IMG/VR virus record: IMGVR_UViG_3300012943_000386
Location: 1 to 37,661 of that record
DNA from: a virus
Taxonomy: Duplodnaviria > Heunggongvirae > Uroviricota > Caudoviricetes
DNA length: 37,661 nt
Strand: one strand, 5' to 3'
The position numbers and the translations under genes are program-made. This document shows positions 1-6,388 of this stretch, piece by piece. Position 1 is the stretch's first letter; each line of letters opens with the position of its first letter. The notes below the pieces were generated by a model. It saw nothing but the letters and a program-made list of their open reading frames with translations. It was not told the origin of the DNA and ran no database searches.

Positions 1-93
1 ACGCTCGTAGGCCAGTTCCCTCTTGTATACCACGTATCGTAGGAACCCTCTATTACGGAGGGCGGGGTTGACGCTGCTTAACTGGCTATTGCG

Positions 94-378
94 TCATGTC
101 TTGAAGATGCTGTCGAGCCACCAATGTGGAAACTTTGGGTCTTCGTAGAGCTCAAACTTGAACAGCGTGCGCTCTTCTATTCCCTCTTTCCACATTGCAA
201 CGTTTACTGAGAGCCACTTCTTGCCGTGGGCAAATCCGTTTTTCTCGCTGATCGGCAACCCTAAGCTTTCATGGTTGAACATCTCGACCAGCATTTCATC
301 GCTGTAATCAAAGAGGTGTTCCCAATCTCTGCCGAAGACGCGATACACGCTGCACATTCGCCTGAACTTTGCGCTCAC
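94..378 (-). CDS. hypothetical phage protein (94 aa)
   Basis: ORF track; same strand as neighbouring genes; no recognisable motif. Confidence 0.6.
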   Translation of the reverse strand: MSAKFRRMCSVYRVFGRDWEHLFDYSDEMLVEMFNHESLGLPISEKNGFAHGKKWLSVNVAMWKEGIEERTLFKFELYEDPKFPHWWLDSIFKT

Positions 379-596
379 TCCACCAATGGTGCGAGCTGGT
401 TGGCGACTTAGTTGGTTTTGGTTCCTGCGTTTAGCGTTGACATAGCTTCCTCCATTTTGAATAGTTGCAGGCCGGTGAGGTATCCGCTATTCGCTTCCCA
501 TTCTCCGTTTAGCTTTCCTTACCTGCGTCCGATGGCCTTAACGTAGTCGTACTACAGCCATCTGGCGTCGCGCGTGTACTTTGCGCTTCGCGTTAG

Positions 597-917
597 TTAG
601 CCAGCTTTGTGCTTGCTGGCAGTTTCATGGGCCTTGGTAACGGAAGCTTTGTACTTCCCACCATCAAGCTCATCCCATGATACGGTATCTTTCTTCTTGT
701 GAAAGCCGAGTTCACCAGGAATATCGCCGGTGATCTCAAGTGGCCAGGCCTGCATCATGATTGCTGTCTTGTCGCCGCCAAGGTGAAGAACGTCTCCGTC
801 CTTGATGTTGTCGTCCGTCTGAGTGCGGTCATAGGCAGCTGAACCACCTTCTGCGCACTCCTTGCTGAAGTCATGAACCTTGATTGGTCGTGGTCCGGCG
901 ATTTCAAAGAGCTTCAT
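597..917 (-). CDS. hypothetical protein (106 aa)
   Basis: AGGAG RBS before ATG; ATAAATA motif at 939-945 upstream. Confidence 0.7.
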   Translation of the reverse strand: MKLFEIAGPRPIKVHDFSKECAEGGSAAYDRTQTDDNIKDGDVLHLGGDKTAIMMQAWPLEITGDIPGELGFHKKKDTVSWDELDGGKYKASVTKAHETASKHKAG

Positions 918-944
918 GTTGATCTCCTATAGAGATCATATTTA

Positions 945-1023
945 TGGTGGACCAAACCGGACTCGAACCGGCGATACTCCTCCATTTCTGGGGAGGGCGG
1001 TTTCCTTACATACCACCTGGCCC
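945..1023 (-). tRNA. atypical tRNA or tRNA-like RNA with 8-nt anticodon loop (CCAGAAAU); identity undetermined
   Basis: Acceptor GGGCCAG/UUGGUCC-A-CCA, T arm GCCGG-UUCGAGU-CCGGU, anticodon stem CCUCC/GGAGG; no U33. Confidence 0.6.
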
Positions 1024-1110
1024 GTAAACCACATCGGCGCGTTGCATGATCGGGCCACGCCGACGAATTGGTTCCCTGCGAGCTCCCGACCATCTCGCTT
1101 GAACTTGATT

Positions 1111-1195
1111 TGGTACCCCTAACAGGAGTCGAACCTGCACACCTTGCGGTACGAGGACCTAAACCTCGCGCGTCTACCAGCTTCGCCATAGGGGC
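1111..1195 (-). tRNA. tRNA-Leu(UAG)
   Basis: Cloverleaf GCCCCUA...UAGGGGU-A-CCA, anticodon loop UU-UAG-GU, long variable arm. Confidence 0.95.
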
Positions 1196-1310
1196 ATTGA
1201 AATGGTCCGCCAATTTTCGATTGCGGCATCCTCAAGGGACTTCGGCGGACTTTACCGCGACATCACCTACACTGCTTGCTTGAGTTGCCTCAAGTGGGGC
1301 TTGTCGTTTT

Positions 1311-1393
1311 TGGTGCCTCTGGAAGGGGTCGGACCTTCACGCGTTTCCGCGCTGCGCTTTAAGGGCAGTGTGTCTACATTTCACCACAGAGGC
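1311..1393 (-). tRNA. tRNA-Leu(UAA)
   Basis: GCCUCUG/CAGAGGC-A-CCA, loop CU-UAA-AG, variable arm CGCG-GAAA-CGCG; T loop reads UCCGACC (C at position 55). Confidence 0.88.
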
Positions 1394-1399
1394 ATAATT

Positions 1400-1500
1400 T
1401 GGTAGCGGATGCTGGAGTCGAACCAGCTATCGCCAGGTTATGAGCCTGGAATGATACGTGGTCTCTTTCGAGACAGTCACATCCGTTTCACTCGCCCGCT
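1400..1500 (-). tRNA. tRNA with CAU anticodon (Met or Ile2) carrying a 27-nt hairpin inserted in the D loop
   Basis: Anticodon arm CCAGG-CUCAUAA-CCUGG, T arm GCUGG-UUCGACU-CCAGC, 3' ACCA; 101 nt in total. Confidence 0.8.
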
Positions 1501-1508
1501 ACAGAAAA

Positions 1509-1617
1509 TGGCGCGAAAGGTTGGGATCGAACCAACGGCCGCTCGGCTTTTCGCGTGACGCCAGGGTAGGCTAATCACGTTACTTCCCCAAGCCCTCTAC
1601 CACTGAGGTACTTCCGC
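1509..1617 (-). tRNA. tRNA-like RNA with a 41-nt structured segment in place of the anticodon loop
   Basis: Canonical body: GCGGAAG/CUUUCGC-G-CCA, D arm CCUC-AGUGGUA-GAGG, T arm GUUGG-UUCGAUC-CCAAC; anticodon stem CUUGG/CCGAG encloses 1547-1587. Confidence 0.75.
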
Positions 1618-1750
1618 AAATCGTTCGGTTTCACCAGTAGCGCATTATCGAGGAGAACGTTAGGGCTACCGAAACCACTCCGCTCTTCTAATCTCGTGCA
1701 CTTGCTGATGGGTTCCTACGCTAAGCGCTTCACGCTTTGGTGGAATTGGA

Positions 1751-1816
1751 TTGACAACAAAGGGGTTGGGAACGGATGGATCGAATGCATGATAACCATT
1801 CCCGATCGGTTGTCAA
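1751..1816 (-). ncRNA. stem-bulge small RNA, copy A (UUAUC motif)
   Basis: UUGACAAC-CG...GGGAAUGG-UUAUC-loop-CAU-CCGUUCCC-pyrimidine-rich bulge-GUUGUCAA; homologous to 1918-1991 and 2353-2416. Confidence 0.7.
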
Positions 1817-1825
1817 ATTTGAAAC

Positions 1826-1910
1826 TGGTGCCCTCGAGAGGACTCGAACCTCCACGCCTTTCGACTCTAGCACCTCAAGCTAGCGCGTCTACCAATTTCG
1901 CCACGAGGGC
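1826..1910 (-). tRNA. tRNA-Leu(GAG)
   Basis: GCCCUCG/CGAGGGC-A-CCA, loop UU-GAG-GU, long variable arm. Confidence 0.95.
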
Positions 1911-1917
1911 AAATCAA

Positions 1918-1991
1918 GAGAACAAAAATGAAGGACGGTGTTTTGAACTGCTTGTTAAGCTGCTTGGATAACCATCACATCGCCGGTTCTC
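1918..1991 (-). ncRNA. stem-bulge small RNA, copy B (UUAUC motif)
   Basis: GAGAAC-CG...GAUGG-UUAUC-loop-CA-CCGUC...UUUUU-GUUCUC; outer stem sequence differs from copies A/C but still pairs. Confidence 0.62.
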
Positions 1992-2003
1992 AAAACCATT
2001 CTA

Positions 2004-2219
2004 TCACGTAACAATCTCGCCAGCCATCTTTTGCTCATGCGCAAGCTGGGCGTCGAGAAGACGTTGATCTTCTGGAGAAAGGTTTCCAGCATTCGCCTTT
2101 AGGTAGGCGACGCGGGCGGCACAGCGCTCGAAGGCTTCCTTGAGAAGCTTATCGATGCGGTCGAGCAGAACGTGCGCCTCTTTGATGAGGGCAATTCGCT
2201 CTTCGTCCGAAAGTGCCAT
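2004..2219 (-). CDS. small helical hypothetical protein (71 aa, MALSDEER...) inside the tRNA array
   Basis: AGGAG RBS before ATG at 2219; the longer track ORF runs through tRNA-Gly, so its upstream extension is unlikely. Confidence 0.7.
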   Translation of the reverse strand: MALSDEERIALIKEAHVLLDRIDKLLKEAFERCAARVAYLKANAGNLSPEDQRLLDAQLAHEQKMAGEIVT

Positions 2220-2268
2220 GACATTCTCCTTAAAAGACAAACGGGCATATTTCAGCCCTAGACCAAAT

Positions 2269-2342
2269 TGGAGCGGGATGCGAGACTCGAACTCGCTTCG
2301 TTGGTGTGGAAGACCAAGGCACAGCCTATATACCAATCCCGC
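2269..2342 (-). tRNA. tRNA-Gly(UCC)
   Basis: GCGGGAU/AUCCCGC-U-CCA, anticodon arm UUGGU-CUUCCAC-ACCAA, U73. Confidence 0.93.
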
Positions 2343-2352
2343 ATGAAAAGGA

Positions 2353-2416
2353 TGACAACAAAAAGGAGCTGACGGATGTTTCTAACCAAAAGATAACCAT
2401 CAACGAACGGTTGTCA
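2353..2416 (-). ncRNA. stem-bulge small RNA, copy C (UUAUC motif)
   Basis: UGACAAC-CG-UUC-GUUGAUGG-UUAUC-loop-CAU-CCGUCAGC-UCCUUUUU-GUUGUCA. Confidence 0.7.
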
Positions 2417-2429
2417 AATCGAAAAGGAA

Positions 2430-2555
2430 GGCAGCGGCGGGGTTTGCACTCGCAACGCCTGTCAAGCGCGTTTCCCTGATACCCTCGTGGTTTGACAGCA
2501 CCACTACTCTTGTCAGGATAGAACCGGCATCGTTCACCGGCTCGCTAACACTGCC
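2430..2555 (-). ncRNA. 126-nt tRNA-like RNA with a potential kissing-loop interaction; no encoded CCA
   Basis: Acceptor-like GGCAGUG/CGCUGCC, D-like hairpin CCGGU/GCCGG, extended arm UCCUGA/UCAGGG, T-like arm GCGAG-UGCAAAC-CCCGC; loop CUGUCAA is complementary to loop UUGACAG. Confidence 0.6.
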
Positions 2556-2563
2556 ATTGAAAC

Positions 2564-2652
2564 TGGTGGGTATGGTAGGGATCGAACCTACTATGGCCGC
2601 AAGGCCGTCTGCTTTACAGGCAGATGTGACACTCCAACTTCACCGCATACCC
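2564..2652 (-). tRNA. tRNA-Tyr(GUA)
   Basis: GGGUAUG/CAUACCC-A-CCA, arm UCUGC-CUGUAAA-GCAGA, long variable arm. Confidence 0.92.
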
Positions 2653-2657
2653 AAAAC

Positions 2658-2743
2658 TGGTGGAGCCTCTTGGATTTGAACCAAGGTTGCCCGAAGGCGG
2701 CAGATTTACAGTCTGCTGGTTTAAGCCGCTCACCCAAAGCTCC
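2658..2743 (-). tRNA. tRNA-Tyr(GUA), second divergent copy
   Basis: GGAGCUU/AGGCUCC-A-CCA, arm GCAGA-CUGUAAA-UCUGC, long variable arm. Confidence 0.94.
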
Positions 2744-2760
2744 AAAGAAAAGCTGATTTG

Positions 2761-2874
2761 CTACGCTGGTTCAGCTCGAACCTCGATAGACCCACGACAG
2801 CGTCGTGAGCTCAAATTGTGCGCCGCATTTACCAGACCCACGAGTTGTGTGGGTCACCTCGTCGTGAGACGTAG
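2761..2874 (-). ncRNA. candidate structured RNA with an internal duplication
   Basis: Terminal CUACG/CGUAG pairing, hairpins at 2791-2809 and 2835-2855, AGACCCACGA and GTCGTGAG each occur twice; lies between tRNAs. Confidence 0.4.
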
Positions 2875-2895
2875 GAAGATCGACGCTTCTTGTAT

Positions 2896-2970
2896 TGGTG
2901 CACCCTGTAGGGATCGAACCTACGGCATCCCACTTGTAAGGAGGGCGCTCTACCGCTGAGCTAAGGGTGC
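2896..2970 (-). tRNA. tRNA-Val(UAC)
   Basis: GCACCCU/AGGGUGC-A-CCA, loop CU-UAC-AA. Confidence 0.96.
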
Positions 2971-3319
2971 ATGAACACTGTGAGAGCTCAACGCCTAGGC
3001 GGAGCTCATCACTAAAAATCGTACCAGGCTCGCACTCCTCCATCCTCAGGCTGGTCCACCGGATGGTCTCTTAGCGGTCCAGTTATTTGTTAGGTCGGGC
3101 TCATCGGCCTCATACCGAGCGGAACTCTTAACCGCTCTCTAAAACGAACTCGGGGAGCTTTTTGGCTCCCCGGGTATCAAAGTCTGGTTTTGTTTAGACT
3201 TTAAACCCGGGTCGTGCTTCCTGCACCGAGCAATACACTACCGGCCAGTGAGACTGGCGAATAGGAAATGCTTGTAGGTAGGGCTATGGAAGACATGACA
3301 TCCTCAGAATTGTGTACCG

Positions 3320-3327
3320 TATTTATA
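3320..3327 (-). promoter_or_regulatory. T4-type late promoter TATAAATA upstream of the tRNA array
   Basis: Exact match to the T4 late consensus, oriented toward the tRNA cluster. Confidence 0.6.
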
Positions 3328-3409
3328 CGGGGCCGTCAATCTTCGCAACGACCCTGCATCAATGTAGGGATAGATCTTATCACACCGGAATGATGATGTA
3401 AACTGACGC

Positions 3410-3415
3410 TAAATA
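3410..3415 (+). promoter_or_regulatory. putative late promoter TAAATA for the acyltransferase
   Basis: Lies 24 nt upstream of ATG 3440; the same motif precedes many genes in the window. Confidence 0.5.
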
Positions 3416-3439
3416 TCCAATCAGCATCTAAGGCGGATC

Positions 3440-4654
3440 ATGAAAACTCGAATTACGACGGAACAGGACTTCAGCGTCAAGCTGTGCGGTTTGGATTTCG
3501 TCGGAGGGTTCATTTACATCAGAAGCCTCGTGTATCTAAAGCATCATCTAGACGTTGACAAATTTGCCGCTGCCATCTCTACAACCATTGCCTCCTATCC
3601 TTATTTGGCTGGTACCGTCGTAATTCGTGATGGCGCCCACTACATCGAGCCCGGCATCGGCGTAGAGTTTGAGTATGATGACGTCGATGTGCCTTGCCCG
3701 CCCGTTGGGCTGAATATCCCCGTGCGCACAGAGCTCCTGCCGAAAAGTGGGTGGCCTGTTGGTGGTCCGCTCGTGTACATAAAGATTACGCGCTTCAATG
3801 ACGGAACCTGCGCTCTATCTCAATCAGTAGCGCACGTTGTTGGCGATGCCGTGAGCTGTAGGTTATGGTCAAACCTGTTGATGAAGAACTATGTGAGTGA
3901 TGAACCATTTTTATCAGAACCAGACATTCGGCGCCTGTCTACGTTTGAACCACTTGAATATCCATCAAGCCAATTTTCTGCTGATAGGCCAGCGGTCGGG
4001 ATTGAGGATACAAAGCGCATCAACTTCTTCATTGATCATCCTCAGCTGGTAAAGCTTCGACGCACGACAAAACTGGCAGGCATCAGCGCGGTTGATATGA
4101 TCCGCGCGCTGATAGTCAAGACGTTCAATGACGTGTGCAAATCAGAGATTTCTGTCCAGATGGTTTACAACGCGCGGTATGTTCAGGGATCCGACATTCC
4201 AAAAGCATACACTGGAAACAGCAACCTGAAGTGGAAGTGCGACATACCAAAAAATCCAATGTCGATATTCGAAACCGCCTCCCTGCTGAAGGCACAGCCA
4301 ACGCCAACGGCACAGGATGTCAAGCGCGAGATAGCGCTGATACAGAAAAAATATGAAGAGAACGGGCTGATGTTCAACGGTGGCATCATTGGCGCAACAT
4401 CTCAGCAGTCCGATAAGTCAACGCTGACCATCAACATTGCGACGGTGGCATCATTGGCGTTGAACGATGAGGTTTTGCATCGTGAGCTGCTGATATTGGT
4501 ACCGGAAAAATTTCCATTCAACCTGGCATGTGTCTTCAGCATCATGGATGCGAGCAACAGGGCATCGTTGATAATACCAATTATCCTTGACGTAGAGATA
4601 GTTGATGAGTTTGAGCGGCGGTTTAGCGCTGCGCTCAGCTCGCTTGGGGTTTAG
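3440..4654 (+). CDS. CoA-dependent acyltransferase (BAHD/transferase or condensation-like fold)
   Basis: HXXXD motif VAHVVGDAVS; N-terminal pattern ...YPYLAGTV...; 404 aa; no DFGWG motif seen. Confidence 0.72.
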   Translation: MKTRITTEQDFSVKLCGLDFVGGFIYIRSLVYLKHHLDVDKFAAAISTTIASYPYLAGTVVIRDGAHYIEPGIGVEFEYDDVDVPCPPVGLNIPVRTELLPKSGWPVGGPLVYIKITRFNDGTCALSQSVAHVVGDAVSCRLWSNLLMKNYVSDEPFLSEPDIRRLSTFEPLEYPSSQFSADRPAVGIEDTKRINFFIDHPQLVKLRRTTKLAGISAVDMIRALIVKTFNDVCKSEISVQMVYNARYVQGSDIPKAYTGNSNLKWKCDIPKNPMSIFETASLLKAQPTPTAQDVKREIALIQKKYEENGLMFNGGIIGATSQQSDKSTLTINIATVASLALNDEVLHRELLILVPEKFPFNLACVFSIMDASNRASLIIPIILDVEIVDEFERRFSAALSSLGV

Positions 4655-5666
4655 TTCCACCGACCAGCATCATGCCGCCCGTAGTGGCGCTGAACTGGAT
4701 ATCCTTAAATCCTACTAGAAGCAAAAGCTCTTCCAGCTCACGCTTAGTTCTTTGCTTGCCGCCGGCCAGGGCCATGGTAAGATTGAACAGCGCGGTCAAC
4801 ATCGGCCCACTTTTGTCGTCGTTCCAGGTGTGCTCATGAAGCCAAATCTTCCCACCTGCTTCAAGGTGTTGATACGCCTCATAGCAGATCAGCGAGCACG
4901 CCCTATCATCAAAGCCGTGCAAGAAATTTCCAATGAAGACTGTGTCAAACTTACCGAGAACCCATGGAACCTTGAACGCGTCGAGTGGGCATAGTGAGAT
5001 TTTATCACCTACTCCAGCAGCCTCAATGAATGGAGCGATGTTTGGGAACGCCGACGGTAGCTCAGCCAAAACAACGCTGATCTCTGGGTATTTGAGAACA
5101 AGTGGGATTGAAAACACACCTGAACCACCAGCCAGATCCAGCACATTTTTAGAACCAGCGAATAGACCGCTGTTTACAGCAGCAAGGTTGGCTGGTAAGT
5201 TGCGCACCTGCTGATTTAGCAGCCGCTCATGAGTGCCAAAGTTCAGCGGCGCGAACTGTGGTAGCGAATACACATCTGGTATTGGCTTTTTCAAAAAGTA
5301 TGGCGGAATTGGATCAGTTAGATACAGCTCATCACCAATGTAGAATGGGCTTGAGGCCGAGATGTAGTCACGCGCGAGTGGCGTTGCCACATATCTTCCG
5401 TCAACGTGTACGGCTATTCCTGCAGCACAGAGAATACCTAGAAGTCCTCTAATGGCACCCAGGTTCAGGTCAGTGCGCATCATGATGTCTTCTGGCATCA
5501 CGGGCCTGTCGAGCAGCGCGGCAGTGACACCGTGATCTATGCTCCATTTGACATACTGCGCGATGGCGCGCTCGATTGGGAACAGGCGAATGCCAATGGC
5601 ATTCAGTAGCTCATTTATGTCTGTCGATGGCGGTGTCAGGGCGCGCCACTGCTCAGCGTCCATCAT
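4635..5666 (-). CDS. SAM-dependent O-methyltransferase, family 2, with N-terminal dimerisation wHTH
   Basis: VLDLAGGSG, FIGNFLHGFDD, GGKQRT motifs; start placed at 5666 by ATGA coupling to the upstream stop. Confidence 0.85.
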   Translation of the reverse strand: MMDAEQWRALTPPSTDINELLNAIGIRLFPIERAIAQYVKWSIDHGVTAALLDRPVMPEDIMMRTDLNLGAIRGLLGILCAAGIAVHVDGRYVATPLARDYISASSPFYIGDELYLTDPIPPYFLKKPIPDVYSLPQFAPLNFGTHERLLNQQVRNLPANLAAVNSGLFAGSKNVLDLAGGSGVFSIPLVLKYPEISVVLAELPSAFPNIAPFIEAAGVGDKISLCPLDAFKVPWVLGKFDTVFIGNFLHGFDDRACSLICYEAYQHLEAGGKIWLHEHTWNDDKSGPMLTALFNLTMALAGGKQRTKRELEELLLLVGFKDIQFSATTGGMMLVGGTKPQAS

Positions 5667-6388
5667 GATTTTACACCTACAAAGCCTGCGAAATTCATGC
5701 AGCGCCAGAAGCAATCTGCTTTAAATCCTACGAGCTCAAGGGATATGATATTTTCCTCAGCGGTGCGTGGGACAAGAACACCAACAAGTGATTTTTTCTT
5801 GCTAGCTATCTCCTCACGTGTATATCCGTTTGAATGCTTCATGTCCTCATACCATTCGGTGAGCTCATCATCAATCGACTGGTTTCTACCGAGAACCTTT
5901 TCTACAACGATGAAAACACCACCAGGCACTGTATTTTGATATGCCTGCTGGATGATGCGAGCACGTTCTTTTGGCTCGATGAACTGAAGCGTGAGCACCG
6001 CAAGCGTTACGGATGCTGGAGCAACAGGGTACATCTGTGTAAGATCTACCTGCTCAATGCTAACAATGCCAGCGTCAATGTGGTGCTTGAAGCGTTCTTT
6101 GGCTGCCGCCACCATAGGTGCGGAGACATCTACACCAAGATAGTTGAGATCATTACCGACGGCCATCAGGAAGTCATTGATTGACGCGCCGCGTGAACAC
6201 CCTAGATCAACCAGATGTGTTTCTGGCTTGGCATGACGGGCTCCAATCTCTAGCACGAGGCGGCGCATGTTGGCATAGTCAGGGATAGAGCGCCTGAGCA
6301 TGTCCTCAAAAACGGTCGTTACTGACGCGTCAAACTTCCATTTACCGTCTGGGAAGTGACCGAGCGACGTTTCAGCTGGCTGTTCCAC
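5663..6388 (-). CDS. CmoA-like class I SAM-dependent enzyme
   Basis: W-x-FD...VF-x-DML-x-RSIPDY, DLGCS-x-G, LTLQFI and IVVEKV closely follow the CmoA family pattern. Confidence 0.75.
   Translation of the reverse strand: MEQPAETSLGHFPDGKWKFDASVTTVFEDMLRRSIPDYANMRRLVLEIGARHAKPETHLVDLGCSRGASINDFLMAVGNDLNYLGVDVSAPMVAAAKERFKHHIDAGIVSIEQVDLTQMYPVAPASVTLAVLTLQFIEPKERARIIQQAYQNTVPGGVFIVVEKVLGRNQSIDDELTEWYEDMKHSNGYTREEIASKKKSLVGVLVPRTAEENIISLELVGFKADCFWRCMNFAGFVGVKS

Noticed and set aside
460-596. c-di-GMP-I riboswitch
   Set aside because: GGACGCA and GCUAAA fragments are present, but the GGCAAA element, GAAA tetraloop stem and GCAAAG core are not in the required arrangement
1751-2416. CRISPR array or true Ro60-associated Y RNA locus
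   Set aside because: The repeats are unevenly spaced, covarying structured units separated by tRNAs. There are no cas genes, no GGUCCGA Ro-binding helix and no Ro60 gene in the window
2541-2560. Twister ribozyme (plus strand UAACACUGCC)
   Set aside because: The downstream twister core is absent; the sequence is simply the complement of the tRNA-like RNA's 5' end
2996-3008. 13-nt match CTAGGCGGAGCTC with the tmRNA tag region (19459-19471)
   Set aside because: Several 13-mer repeats are expected by chance in 37 kb and there is no further similarity
880-3043. Track ORFs overlapping the tRNA array (e.g. 914-1213, 1696-1971, 2660-2959, 2771-3043)
   Set aside because: They are translations of tRNA and ncRNA genes
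3180-3205. RNase P RNA 3' motif (ACAAAACCAGACUU)
   Set aside because: It forms a local hairpin with AAAGUCU, and no upstream GAGGAAAGUCC core is present
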